The position numbers and the translations under genes are program-made. 64,000 nt of DNA from Azolla caroliniana (lineage: Eukaryota; Plantae; Polypodiophyta). The notes beneath the pieces are model-generated. The model was given only the letters and a program-made list of their open reading frames with translations, made no database searches and was not told the DNA's origin. Location of the stretch: the NCBI GenBank assembly GCA_043228905.1, contig JBHGNT010000003.1, positions 25,358,001 through 25,422,000 of the forward strand. The letters are read 5' to 3'. Below, one piece after another: positions 43,101-56,600 of this stretch. Position 1 is the stretch's first letter. Each line of letters opens with the position of its first letter.

Positions 43101-45774
43101 GCCTTAAATTATATATACTATTAAACACTTTTTGCTCATAAAGTATATTGTACAGGACAGCATAGTAGGATTTACACTTAATGAACATATCCTACAATTA
43201 TCCCGAACTCTGAAATTCTGCACTCTACATATACTTTTACATGACAGAAAAATCTGTGCTTAAAATTCACTTTGTATAACACAATGCACTATGCAAAAAG
43301 CTCATATCATAGATACAATATCGTTGCATCCTTTAGGGTGTTCTCATCATAGTGGTTGTGCAAACAGAAGATTTCTAGCTAATTTATGCACTAGTATTTA
43401 CCCTCTACTCTGAATGGTAATCCAGTTCATAAGTTGAGAATTTGAAACAGAAAAATAGAGACCAAAGCCCATGAAGAAATGGTGAAGCTTCAACCAAGAA
43501 TTTGCTACAATCGTTAAACACGTAATAGACATGGATGTTATTAGTACATGCAAGACATCAGTCGAGACTCGGTTACAATTAGGATGCTCAAAAAACATTT
43601 GAGTGTAATAAGGAAATGCCAGTGTCGAAGTAGTAAAGTTAATTTATGCTTTGAGACAAAATGTTCTCTAACAATATTCCTATGTGCTCAGATAGGATTA
43701 TATACGCTTATGCAAGGAGAGTTCGATATTTTTCTATGATTGAGCCACATCCCTGACCATTTTGCATTTTAAGACTACATGAGTCAACTGTTGTGTATTA
43801 TGACTCATCTCAACTAGTTGTGTATTCTAACCCTAAAACTAATGAATAATGACCATTATTAGTTTGTTTACACAGAATTCTAAGGTTAGATTTCTAATCA
43901 ACTTCCACTTAATAGTGTGTAGAACAAATGAAGACTAAAATGTAAATAGATTATCCATTCACCAAAAATGGAACCTGGTGAGTGTAAAGTGGTACAGTGT
44001 GATAAAGTTTTACATGTGCAAATCCCCCATTGCATCCTCTCACATATTCAACTATCATCCTTCACTCTCGATATGTTTTTCGCATTATTCTCAACTTCTC
44101 TGCAAGTTGCTTTAGATGATACATACAAGTGCGATTATAATTTGAAAATCATAATTAGGAAACATACTATCATTTCATCTGGTACATTGCCTTGGCAAGG
44201 ATACCTACACTTTTCTAGGCCCCATCTACCATATCCATATAAATATGATGTCCCTATGTAAATAGTCATAGGACATTACCTTTATCTCTCCACTATCGTC
44301 AGCTGCTGCTAAAAGGCTTCCTTTCTGATTCAAAGTAATCTTGCATGAAAAATAATTGATCACCATTAGAAATTATTTCGCACGATATCTTACAGAGAAG
44401 TGCTACATTTTCAAATTGAAGTTTATAGGAGTATACTTGGTTTATCTCATCACTGTTGAAAGTGTATTTCTGCAGTGCTTCTAGAGAGGAGCCCTTAAAT
44501 TAAACACTAACACAAGTTAAAGCAGAGACTCCAAGGAAACACAAGAAAACAAAAGAGAAGATGATAGATATACCAAGCGTGTATCAATATAATAAATGGA
44601 CATTCCCGCAGCAGTGTATAATTTGTGAGCACTCCCTGATTCAAAATGATAAGCAATACATGCATTTAAAGATTGCATTCATAAATTTCATGTTCATATA
44701 GAACTTATTGTTTCATATTTACCATAATCATTATATTCACATAAGTTCAAAACTCTTGGTCCAGTCTTATGTAGGTATATTTGGAATTGAGAAGCTTACG
44801 ATCAAAGGTAGGTGCTGCAATTTCCAAGGGACATTTCCATGAAATCTATAACTGTATATTATTGGGGAAGGACAAAAGCCCCCACAAAACTCTGAAAGAG
44901 CCCAAGTGAGGACTTAAGAAAAACAAAAATACTATAATACTGTTTTGACAGAAGTGTCTTTCATGTTTGCCACTCATGGTTTACTAAACCGTGACAGGAG
45001 AGGTCATACACTTGCGTAAAAGCCATCATTATCTTCCTAAAAAGTAAGTTACTCTTTGCAAAAATTGAAAATTCATCCCTAGTAACTCATTTGATCTCAT
45101 CATTCCTCATCTTTAGAACATTTAAGTATCCATTGCCTGATTGAATAAACTAGAAATGCAAGCATAATGAGCAAAAATTTTGCATTTACCTGGTACAAAG
45201 CAGATGGATGAAACATCATCTTGCCCAAAAAAGTCAAACATCTGCACGTGGTCTTTGTTTCTTATGTCAAACAAGCAAACCCTTCCATCCTGCACGTAAA
45301 ATAAATAAATTCATTGACAACCTTTTGATGCAAAACACATGATAAGGAAAGTATTTTGGAGCATTCAAGGAAATCATAGCATTTTCAAAATACATATATG
45401 TACATATACACATATAAAGTGGAGGTATAATTTTTATGTTTTTCCATAGGGAAACATGCATAGATACACATATGCCATATACATACAGACATTATATATC
45501 CACACATGAAAATGTGTGTTTGTGTCTATAATACACACACACACACACACGTGCAATAGATAGAGATGATATGTATATAAATACTTGCAATATATGCATA
45601 CAAATCAACGTAGAATGTATACATATAAACAGGTATCTAAAAACGAGAGAGAGAGAGAGAAAGAGAGAGCACCTGAGCCGATGTAGCGATGAGGTTTGGA
45701 TCAGAGAGAGAGCAATTGCAGCAGAGCAGCGAGCTCTTGTGTCCTGGAAGCCGTCTGATTGCTCGCACAGGCAT
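40177..45774 (-). CDS. WD40-repeat protein, WDR53-like; exons 45774-45673, 45289-45190, 44635-44574, 44493-44437, 44339-44280, 43077-43021, 42802-42760, 42574-42497, 41240-40952, 40482-40353, 40266-40177
   Basis: In-frame splicing gives RRLPGHKSSLLCC..., DEINQITLNQKGSLLAAADDSGEIKVIDL, HTNICSTVQFHPQHPWELISGGLDAKIVKWD, LCNPPFVHSLA, GHKSAVSCV, ISGSNDRSVKLWD and KVNWIC...ADTSKKLSVYSVS*. The NPPFVH and HTNIC motifs are typical of WDR53. The start codon is less certain. Confidence 0.9.
42803..43020 (-). other. U12-type GT-AG intron in the WD40 gene (218 nt)
   Basis: 5' site GTATCCTTCA is a full U12 consensus. The 3' end ...TATTTGACATAACTTATAG has no polypyrimidine tract next to the AG and only a weak branch-point match. 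Confidence 0.75.
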
Positions 45775-47620
45775 ACTCTCACTCTCACTCTCGATCTCGA
45801 TCTCGATCTCTCTTTCTGCACAAACAAAGAAGAAGCATGCATATATCAATATGTATGTACATCTTGGGGACCGACCGGCCGACCGGCCGGCCATAGAAGT
45901 AAGTTTCCAGTGTCCAAAGGAGGGATTGGGACTGGGATTGGGCAAAGAGGGGCTATAGGTGTTCGTACCCCTGTAGCCCCTATCCTCTCCCGATAATTGA
46001 GCAGGAGTGCTTCGGGAAACAATGCAAGCATTGGACCATTCTCGAGACTCCATCACGAACTTCTTTTTCGCTAGTACCTTTCGGAAAACAATTGGCAGTG
46101 TGCCGACAACGATTCACTCATTGCATATTGTGGCCGCGTTGGGGCTTCTCGTTTCAAAGATCCTTGTATGTTGGGAGCGTGAGTGATTGCGCCACCCTAA
46201 AAAACTAGTGTGTTTTGAAACTCCGGAAGTATCCTTTTCTTGTTGTTTGATGGTGATTTCTATGTCTACCTTGCAATAGTGTGCTTTTCGTCTCGTCATT
46301 CACATGCTCGACATTCGTTTGCTTGTGGCATTGTTTCTCGACATCAGTATAACAATACACTCAATCGATTTTGGCTTGTTGAGCATTGCTATTGGCTAAA
46401 GCTTCAATAATGCCCATATGTTGTGCATATATATATTTTGCCATTTGCGGTTGTTGACTAGAATGTAGGTATATATGTAAGACAAAGCATACAATATATG
46501 CCTCCTACATTTGGAAATAGTTTTGAAGGCATTCAAGGGAAAAGATTAGAAAAGGGGATGTCTTTTTAGTGAAGGCAACATGAACATTGAAGCGTGCCAG
46601 GTTTGATTTGTATTGTCGAACAACTTTTTTTTGTTAGTTTGGAGTTCACGTTTAAGTAATGACTTAAGTTTGTTGACCTAAATTTATGCCATTCATTATT
46701 CTCATTGAAAGCTAAACACGCACTCCTATTTGTGCTAGAGAAGTGGAAATAGTGAAATTATTTCCTAGTATAATTTATCTAGAATAAACAACACTCTTGC
46801 ACAAACAATTGAGATTGTTCCATACACGTGCAACAAGGAACGATATGGTTTACCCATTGGCAAATACAACCTCCTACATAAAGGCTTCGAAATTGTATTA
46901 ACATAATTTATTAAGATATATCAAACGTACATGTATATGTGAGATAACAAATAGATGCACAATGCGTGCGTGTTAGATTAACGAGGCAATTATCAAGATG
47001 AAAGTTGAGCAACATGCGGGTGATGTGAGCATCATGTTCACAACTCTTAGCCATTCATATATATTGTGATATTAAAGAGAGTTTTGCTACGATGTTTGGA
47101 CGGATAGAGTATCGTGGAGTGAGAGAATCATGAACAACAATTTAGGTTTTGTGAAGTTTAAAAACCATGGAACATTGATGAAATTTGGCCACTGAAAACA
47201 AAAAGTCGATCAATGTCAATTAGAATAGACAATCAGAAACACATGATAATTAGTGAGGATGGAAGAATGAGAGGGTTGAGCAATGAGCTCTAATAAAATC
47301 TATGTTTGCCCACATTCTTGGATATGTTTGGTTCATGCAACTTTTTGATTGGACAAATAAATGAGTTGTGAATGAATCACATGGAGAATGTGATGTGATT
47401 TTAATTTCAAGCTCTCCCTTTCTCACTTGACAGACAATACTTAATTAATGTGAAAGGAATTGATCTCTATACAAAGATCTAATATTTTTTCTAGAGTGAG
47501 ATGATAAAAAGAAGAAGAACTCAATGTGAGGCACAAGAACATGCATTTACATGCATCTCTTGGGGGAGGGGGAGCCGCAAACGTGACTTAACATTAATGA
47601 CATGTTGGTGTAGGACTCAA

Positions 47621-48142
47621 TTAACAAGAGGGATATGTGAGTTGTTGGTTGGTCATGGACAAGTAAAGTCGGAGAAGACGATTGGTTTCAAGCTCTTGGG
47701 ATCGAATACTGCGGGACGAAGAAGATTGAGTATTATGAGAAGCTGACGAGGATTGAAGAAGTGGATAAGGGAGAGCCGAATGAGTGGGAAATGGTCCACA
47801 AGGGGGCATGCCCCTTGGAACTTTATAAGAAACACTATATAGAAGGTTGACATAAGTATCTCTAAGTTTGGAGAAGAATTTTGATGGCAATCTTGAAACT
47901 AGCCAACTAAGCTTTAATCTCCTCCTCAGGGTAACTTTTCCAAATGCCATCCTTTTGTTCTTCTTCTTCCTCCTCGTTTCCCCTAGTTTCAATCCCCTCC
48001 TCACACCTCCTCTCCATACACTTCTCTCCGTCTCCATCTCTCCATCTTCTTCTTCTTCTCCTCCTATTTTCTCTCCAATCCTCACATACTTTGTAGCTCC
48101 ATAGCCAACCATTTGGTTCTCACTCCTTGTATACCTCCTCAT
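47621..48142 (-). CDS. Intronless conserved hypothetical plant protein, 173 aa, basic
   Basis: Long ORF with RRRLKLSWL...FFSKLRDTYVNLL and a C-terminal ELETNRLLRLYLSM. This resembles a family of small uncharacterised plant proteins (KLRDAYV motif, from recall). Confidence 0.65.
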   Translation of the reverse strand: MRRYTRSENQMVGYGATKYVRIGEKIGGEEEEDGEMETERSVWRGGVRRGLKLGETRRKKKNKRMAFGKVTLRRRLKLSWLVSRLPSKFFSKLRDTYVNLLYSVSYKVPRGMPPCGPFPTHSALPYPLLQSSSASHNTQSSSSRSIRSQELETNRLLRLYLSMTNQQLTYPSC

Positions 48143-49736
48143 TCCAAATTTGCCACTTATTATTTGCTACTATTCAACATAAGTCATATCAATTCCTCGT
48201 GAATTCTTCACTGATTCAACCCTAATATGATCAATTCTTACGCAATCCTATCCCAATCTCATCAAAATTCTCACTAATTGATCTCTGCTTTCAAATTGAA
48301 TCCAATTGGTGGAACAAATCTTCTATTTGAAGCAACTGTAATTGAACAAAAATGCTCTGCAATTGATCCAATTCTTGAACTAAAATTCAATCCCAATGGT
48401 GAGCACAGATGTCTTTTAACATATGCGTTGTCTTTGTGGGTCCCTTGCCATAAAGTTCTACTCACCAAACTTTGACTATGCCCATATGTGTAATTAAAAA
48501 CTATACATATCGCATATTTTAGACCCCTAAAACAAAATAAAAAACAACAATCAATATTATCCAAGTTCTAGAAACTCTCCTCTTAGTGGACAATTCTTCA
48601 AGCCCCAAGAAATGTTGACCAAAAAATTATTCATAGTTTCTTCAACTATATTGTGCTTTCTTTGCTACTTTTACGATTCTAGAGGAATCTTGGAATTGAC
48701 TATTCAAATTGGTGTTTCCATTAGCAGTGTTCACCCCCTCTACCTCTAGGTTTTAATGTTGCAATGGATATTCTAGAAGAAATTGCATCATGTTTGACTA
48801 TATGAGGTTGGAAATTCTTAAATAAAAAGTCCTATGGGACATCTTTGCACATTGTTGTCTCCCTCTCAACATATTGCACAATCTTACCAAAGCATTTATC
48901 CATTTCCTCCTAACAATTAGTAGTATGTCCACTTGTATAGCAAGCACTTCAAATGTAGCATATGCATTTCACAATAATATGCAAAACAATGTCAATTTGT
49001 AACCGATAAATGTCAAGGTACATAATAGATTCTGAATATATTTGGACAACAATGTTTCCTTTCCTTTGTTCACAATGTGAGCTAAAGTAAAACACACACA
49101 CACACACACACATTTGATATTTTTAAATTTAACAAAGATGGATTGATATATGAGTTCTTTTTTTATACTTCCATAGTTTTTACAACAAAAGTTCACGTGA
49201 TTTGTTTGCAAACATTTGTCCTTTTTTTCCGTAAACTCTTCTCATATGATTCAACAAAATCATTTGAGATTTTATTTTTTTCATCATGATAGAGTTTTTT
49301 TTTGCGATTTGTACCTTGATTATAATCTTACAATTGAAATATTTTCATGCAAATGCAGTAAAGTCTTTGATATATTTGATCATAGTAAACTTTTATGTAT
49401 TTTGAGTAAATGTTTTTTATCTTTACACAAATGTATGTCACATGTTTTGTTTTGAAGGTAACCATTCACATTAGAGGGGTCAAGTTTCTGAAATAAGATC
49501 TTAGCATAAAAGTTTAATGTGAGAAATACCTTTATTTATGGTTCTCATATAGTTTGTAATAGAAAGAGTGGATTATTTGGAAACAACATTGTAGGTGGCT
49601 CTTCTCCGATCAAACCATGCACCATGTGATGTTATTAGAGGAGATATGGAGTGAAGTTGTAGCAACACGAAAGAACCAATACGAAATAGTGGACTATCTA
49701 GAAACAACGTTGTAGGTGGGTCTTCTCCGATCAAAC

Positions 49737-50489
49737 CATAGAACGTAATATTCGTGTTCGTGCAAGCATTGAAACGTTTGGAAACAAACACGTTTGAAAA
49801 GGGAAAAATACGTACTCATTTATTGTCATTACAAATTTAGCTTAACCTAGTGGTAAGGAGTCATGCGATTGTTGTCTATGTCTTGGGTTTGATTCCCATT
49901 TTTCTCATCTCTCTCTCTCACATGTTGTAGCAAGTAATAGTGTTAGTGGTAAGTTGTTGTGCTACTATTACTTGTGTCTTGGGTTCAATTCCCAACTTTT
50001 TATATCCTCTTGTTAGTGTCATGTTCCTTTTTCTTCTTTTTCTTTCTTTCTTTGTTATTAGAAATTAGCTCACCCTAGTGGTAAGTTGTTATGCTACTAC
50101 TGCCTATGTCATGTTTTCTTCATATTCTCGAATATACATTTTATGAGTTTTTGAACGTTTGATTATAATTTATAATGACATATTTTGATTCAATCTCTAT
50201 AGTTCATACTCATTTTTTTGTAAAGTTCTAAAGTGATGATGATAGACATGTCTTGATTCTTAAGAAGCATCCCAAAAGTATGCATGTGATACAATGCAAA
50301 TATTGCAACCATACTTATGTTGGTGGTTCACAATGGATTAGAGTCCACTTATTGGGATTGAGAGTGAATCAATATATAATATAAAGACCATAGTCAATCC
50401 AATCCAACTTTGAAATGGTTTACCATACACGTTTGATTGAATCATTCTCGAATGAGAATGCACGTATGATACGAATCGTTCATTCTATG
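49737..50489 (+). mobile_element. Non-autonomous hAT element (753 bp) with BED zinc-finger relic
   Basis: Termini CATAGAA...TTCTATG. 8-bp TSD GATCAAAC at 49729-49736 and 50490-50497. The internal 50265-50360 reads KHPKSMHVIQCKYCNHTYVGGSQWIRVHLLGL. It interrupts the second copy of a ~122-bp tandem repeat (49578-49690). Confidence 0.85.
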
Positions 50490-50866
50490 GATCAAACCAT
50501 ACACCATGCAATGTTATTGCAGGAGATATGGAGTGAAGTTGTAGCCACACGAAAGAACCAATATGATAGCATCACAAGCATATTTGACGGCGCAGAAAGA
50601 CACTGATTAACCTTAATCTATCAATGGTCGTCCTCTCCCTTTCTTGAGTCAGTGGGCCTCCACATAAGATGGAACTATCGAGTCCCTTTTATGATTTGTA
50701 TATGACATTCGAAGCTGTAAAATTGTATAACTAATAAGGAGTTTCATTTTTGGGAATAAATAATAATAATAATAATAATGGACTGGTGGCCGATGATGTT
50801 TGTTTTTTATAAAGAGACATGATTTGCTAGTGTAACTACCAATCAATGAGAGGAAAGGTTTGCATG

Positions 50867-51063
50867 ATCTTAGTTTAATTTAGAGAATGCAAAGATTAAG
50901 ATATAATGGTTACGAGGGATTGAGAATGTGAATTAAAATGAGAGCCTAAAAAATAATACGAGCCAAATCTTAGTTTAATTTAGAGAATGCAAAGATTGAG
51001 ATATAATGGTTAGAGGGATTGAGAATGTGAATTAAAATGAGGGCTTATAAAATAATACAAGCC
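50867..51063. repeat. 100-bp tandem duplication
   Basis: atcttagtttaatttagagaatgcaaagatt.agatataatggtta..agggattgagaatgtgaattaaaatgag...aaaataatac.agcc, present twice. Confidence 0.9.
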
Positions 51064-52528
51064 TAGGTTGAATTGGGCTGACTTTGATAAAGGTGAAGCT
51101 AAGTCGGTTTGGAATTGGCTGACCTTTTCTTCTTCAAGGATGGAAAACAAAACCCATGTTTGTAGTACAATTTGGGGAGGGAACATTATGTATGCAGAAA
51201 TGGATAGAGTCTTTACAATATCTTCCTTTCAGCCTTCTCAAACTACTCTGTTTTGGTATGGTATGTTTTCAGCCCTGCATGTCATATTGGGGGTTAAGGG
51301 TTATAAAAACGCTCATGAATGCCTTTACTTCGATGTTTTGCCTTCTAGACGACTTCATTCTCTCTTTGTGGAAGATGAAATTGTAATTTGAGAGAATAGG
51401 TTCCCTATTCGTATATTGTGGAAGAAAGATAAAAAATGGATATTGAACCCACATCCAAATGATGTAAACAATCTCTCTGATTTATGGGTCTATGAGAATA
51501 AGCCTATTGATTGCCTTTTGTGGGATCCTCGTGAGTGGAAATGGCAAATCAGATCAGCGGAAGGAATGCTAAGTAAGCAAATCCTATTTTTTCACTATTC
51601 GGTAAAAATGGGTAGAGAAATGCTAAGGAGAGGTGTGACTGTTACAACAACAGCTTGTAAATTTTGGAGATTTGGTAATGTAATAGATTCTTGGATGAAT
51701 GCTTATTGGAAATGGTTATGGGCCATGCAAATTCCTAAAAACTTTGTGTTATTTAGATGGTTGTTGACACATTATGGCATTCTTGTGAAGTCATGGATGT
51801 GGGGACACTACCAGGATTTAAAATGTGATAGTTGTAGTTCTCCCATTGAATCGGTTTACCATGTTTTATGGATGTGTCCTATTGCTAGAGCAGTTTGGAA
51901 AATAATGTTGAGAATGTTATATCCTATTTATGGTAGGTAGGTGTACACATGGGGTTTTGTGAGATGGGGAAGATTAGCTAAAGAAATTTAGAACTATGAA
52001 AAGGAGTTTGGGGATTTTCTTCTCCTCTCCGATGGAAGACAAGTATTGGAGGTCTCTAATACTACAACAGTCCGTTGTTTGGAAGAGGATATAGTCTGGT
52101 CTATGATATCTTCTCTGGTAGTTTGGGTATTGTGGAAGGCTACATGTAAATGTGTATTTCAGAAAATTAAACAAAATGGAATTGAGTTAGTCAAAGAGGT
52201 ATGGTTAATGCTCTTACACACTTTAAGAGGTCAATATGATGCAATAACTGGTGAGCCTGATGTTGTGATTTGTAAACAACAGTTTCGCGAAATTTCGAAA
52301 AACGATAAGGTCTTCACCTCATTTGGAGAAAGAATAAAGTGGAGATATGCTACACCAAGATGGCTTTTTCCACCCCCCTCGTCTTGGAACAACCCTACAT
52401 GAGGGCTTTTGATACTTGACATGTTGGTTGATGTGGATATGAGGGTTGTAATATATTGTATGAATTCGTTGTAGCCTTTCGGCATCTTTCCATTAATACC
52501 AAGGTGAACCTTCTTTTTAAAAAAAAAC
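51064..52528 (+). mobile_element. 5'-truncated L1/Tx1-like LINE (ORF2 3' part, disrupted), 3'UTR and A-tail
   Basis: zf-RVT-like FRWLLTHYGI...CDSCSSPIESVYHVLWMCPIARAVW, then VWVLWKATCKCVF. The element has in-frame stops and ends cttcttttt followed by an A-run at 52519-52528. Confidence 0.85.
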
Positions 52529-52939
52529 TAGCCAAATCTAGGTACTCCAACACTGTCTTTGGACAGAGTTTGTATGAGTCTAACTTTTACTAATGAGTTT
52601 TCACATATTTATGGCTTAGATGCATCACACAAGGTAACAACACACCTTAAACCTATCTCAAACATTTCATCTTGACCAATATGTTATTATCTGATATATC
52701 TCTTATGAAATAAAGTTATGGAGAAAGGCTATGTGAATGTGGACTCCCATCGTTCAAAAAGAAAGTGTCAATGTGGGAGACTAATCTCTCCTAGCAAACA
52801 TGTGTGGAAATAATTAGTTTCCAAATAATTCTGAAGTCTTCACAAAATCTTTAAGATTTTGACTATTTCAAATAGCAATTAGGATGCTCGGAAAGCATTT
52901 GAGTGTAATACGGAAACATTGGTGTCAAAGTAATAAACT

Positions 52940-53168
52940 GCTAGTCCAAAGTGGAATGATGTCATACCTTCTTTTATGTTGGATAGTGGATAGTACTATT
53001 CTATTTGTTCATATATGACATCATCTGTTTGATCAAATGTACTACCATTTGTATCTTACAATAAGAAGTGAGATGAAATGTCTCCTTTTGTTATTTTCTA
53101 TGTAGAGTTTTCAAGTAATATACTAAGGTGCATCTTTCTTTAAAAAAAGAAAATAAAGAAAAAAAGAA
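52940..53168 (+). mobile_element. Short LINE 3'-end fragment with A-rich tail
   Basis: Reads SPKWNDVIPSFMLDSG*, like the ORF2 end of the neighbouring LINEs. Its terminus taatatactaaggtgcatctttcttt-A(n) resembles taataccaaggtgaaccttcttttt-A(n) of the 51064-52528 element. It is absent from the homologous segment at 43630-43645. Confidence 0.6.
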
Positions 53169-53612
53169 AGTTTATGCTTTGAGACGAAATGGTTTCTAAG
53201 AATATTCCTATGTGCTCAGATAAGATTGTATATGTTGTTGCAAGGAGAGTTCAATATTGATTCATGATTGGGCCACTTTCCCCCACCATTTTGCATTTTA
53301 AGTCTACATTTTGACACTTTTGAAATTATGTATGTTATTATATATATATATATATATTGAGATTAATATGCTAAGATGAGACATGGTCGAGTTACAAAAC
53401 ACAATGTTCTAGTTGGTAGATGTTTCAACTTGTAATTTATTGAAATAGTTATGTCACATGTGTGTGTCCAAATGAAGCTAGAAATTCGTAATATCTCTAC
53501 TTTAGAATAATATAAAATGTAAAAAAGAAAAGTAAGAAAATCTGAATATCTTATTGTTACTATGAAAAGTAACCATCTTACCTTTTATGGCCTGAAAAAG
53601 TTAATGTATTTT

Positions 53613-56600
53613 TATTTTTATTTTCAAAACAAATTATCCTTCCATTAGTTATAAAGAATGGTCATGATGGTTACATCATACAAAGTATTTTCTCCCAAAC
53701 CCGTCTTGTGAAGACAACGGTTGAGGAAACAAATCTATGTACTCCAATAGAGAAAACAGTCCAACAATTACAATCTATTCCCTTGACACATTGCAAGGTA
53801 TCCATATCCATAAGCAACAACGAAAGTAGCTCTATTCAGAAACAAACCCTCTCAGGTCATAGTTATGAGCCATTCTATACTTCTTCAACATGTATATCTC
53901 GACTTTGAAGGCAATCAACTACGTTCTTTGGTTTTTCAAGAGAACCACTTTCCACATTCGTGGTTGTAAAGTCAACAACTATGTTTCCTCTTTCCCATCA
54001 ACATCTTGCCGGATTACCACAAAATTCCTTTGCACACAACAACAAATTAAGTCAAGTTTCATCCTCTCCTCATGAGCTTATTCTTCAGCCGCCATACCAT
54101 CATCACTTGTCCTTATCAAAAATCATAAAAATTGCTTCGTTAAGTCCTCATCAACCATCTCGCCGAATACACCAAATTCCTACACATAAACAATAAAATG
54201 TGTCTAAATTCCTCATCTCCTCATGAGAATGTGCTTCAACCTCCACACCATCATTACTCATCCTTATCCAAAACATAAATTCTACGTCAGTAAGTCCACA
54301 TCATCCATCTCGCCGAATACCACCAAAATCCTGCACATATAACAATACATGGGTCTTTTTTCCTTATCCCCTCATGAGAGTATGCTTCGCCCCCAACACC
54401 CTCATCACTCATCCTTATCCCAAAAACATGCATTTTGCTTCATCAAGTCCACATCTACTTCTCACGGATTACTGCGAAAACCTGTACATACAAACGACTA
54501 AATGAGTCTAGTCTTCTAAATAGATTATGCTTCAACCCCCCCACCACAAACACTCATCCTTATCAAAAACATGCATTTTGCTTCCTCAAGTCCACATCAA
54601 ACTTCTTGTCGATTACCGCCACTATCCTGTACATGCAAACAAATTAGTTTTCTGAAGAGACTATGCTTCAGCCCCCACACCACCATCACTCATCCGTATC
54701 AAAAACAGGAATTATGCTTCAATAATCCACATCAACCATCTCACTCTTGTTGATTTACCACCAAAATCGTGTACCTAAAAAACCAAAATGGCATTACTCT
54801 CCTCGTCTCTCAATAAATTATGTTACAACCCTCAACACCATCATCACTTATCCTTATCCAAAATAAAAAAATGTTTCATTGTTCGCATCCACCATCTCGC
54901 CCTTGTCAGTTCACCGAATTACCCAAATCCCATCCACCTCTTTTATGTTCTTCCCGTAAACCCGTAAGATAAAGAGAAAAGAAGAAACTATATACCTCAC
55001 TATTATGTTTGAAATAAGAAAGGACTAGGGGGCAGGAATAGCCAACATGGTGGAACATAATTCCAACGATATTCATGTGACTCATCCAACCAAAAAGGTA
55101 TTAGTCGCCATATTTTACAGATTTTTCGCCTTTTCTTATGCACCTTTTCCGGTGTTCCTTTAATACTATCATACTCTCCCTTAACTATGTGCACCAAGTT
55201 GTCTCACCACATCTTAATCATATCCACCACATTGTACTCGATGCCCTCATATTTCTTGCTGCAACAACACTTCCACCACACCCATAAAGCATTAACTGAA
55301 ACAATATTCCAAACAAAAGAATTTCTAAAAAATTTACCACCAAGAATGTTAGGAAGAACTAGTTCAGTTGTATTCTCCAACACATGTAATGCTTCCATGC
55401 ATTGCTCGGCCTCGTACAAAGATACCTGCTCATTCAAAGACCCCCTGAAAACAGCCCCGCATGTAAAAATTGCTCGCTTATATTTACAAGAAAACATCCT
55501 CAATATTCTTCCCCAATATTGTCGAGCTACATTACAAGTCCAAAACAAATGTTTCAAAGATTCCTCCTGGACGTGGCAACACACACAACGGTGATCATCG
55601 ACTTGTCCTTTTCAATGAACACCTACAAGTAATTAAGCATAATGAAGCATTAACCACTTAAAAGAAATTGCTCTACGCATACATGGTAGAGTCCATAAAC
55701 GTTTCCAATAAGCCACCATATATTGATGCGATATGCAACAGGATTTACGCAATGATGTTGCATCAAAAAACGTCTCCCATATGCCACGGAATATTGGAAA
55801 AAGGGGAATCCTACTCTCTTGTTCATTTGTCGAGGAATGACCAACCAACCGCATTGCATAATCAGTTGGGTCCCAATTAAGATGTGTCACTGGCTTACTT
55901 TGTAATGCCCATATTTGTACTACATGGTCTGCCAAAAAATGGCTCAGATCTAAGAAAATCTTCTTGTCCAATCGAGCAATAACCCTAATTGGTTTTTGGG
56001 AGGCGAACTGCATAACTTCAACTTCTACATTCACTAAATATAAAATACCATCATCGCCAACGTCATAAAATCTTATTTGACCCTGGTTAGCATATGCTCG
56101 GGCACCTATTAAAACACCCAAAGGAGAGAAAAGATCATACCATGTATAAGTATTAGCCAAATTAAGTTGACTTTGACACTTCGGTATAGCTTGCTGAATC
56201 TGCTCGAACATCAAACAACCTGCACGTAAAGAAGATGAAAATTGAATTTTGTCCTTCATCGAGAGCAGGTGGAACCGCTCCCAAGCAGCCACTGAGGCAG
56301 CTGGTCCCAAGTCCATTTTTCCCCATGATAAACGCGGTTTAATTCCTAAAACCCAACCAGAGCTATTAGTAAACAAAGGATTCCATAACAATGGTTGCCT
56401 TAAGAATTGGGCTTTTGATGATGGAAGAAATAGGAGAGCCTCTCTAATGTCCTTCCATGCCCTCAAAATACTTGTAAAAAATCTCATAGAACCAACATTA
56501 TGAGCCTTAATTGGAAATTCAGAGTTAAACAACCATCGAAAATTATCTTGCCACTGTCCTCCTATTGTAGGTTTAATGTTACAAAGAGATAAGTTCAACC

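Noticed and set aside
45775-46056. N-terminal extension of the WD40 ORF (MAGRSAGR... / MMESREW...)
   Set aside because: It runs through intron-like and microsatellite sequence, and the obvious splice would create a stop, so I treated it as 5'UTR.
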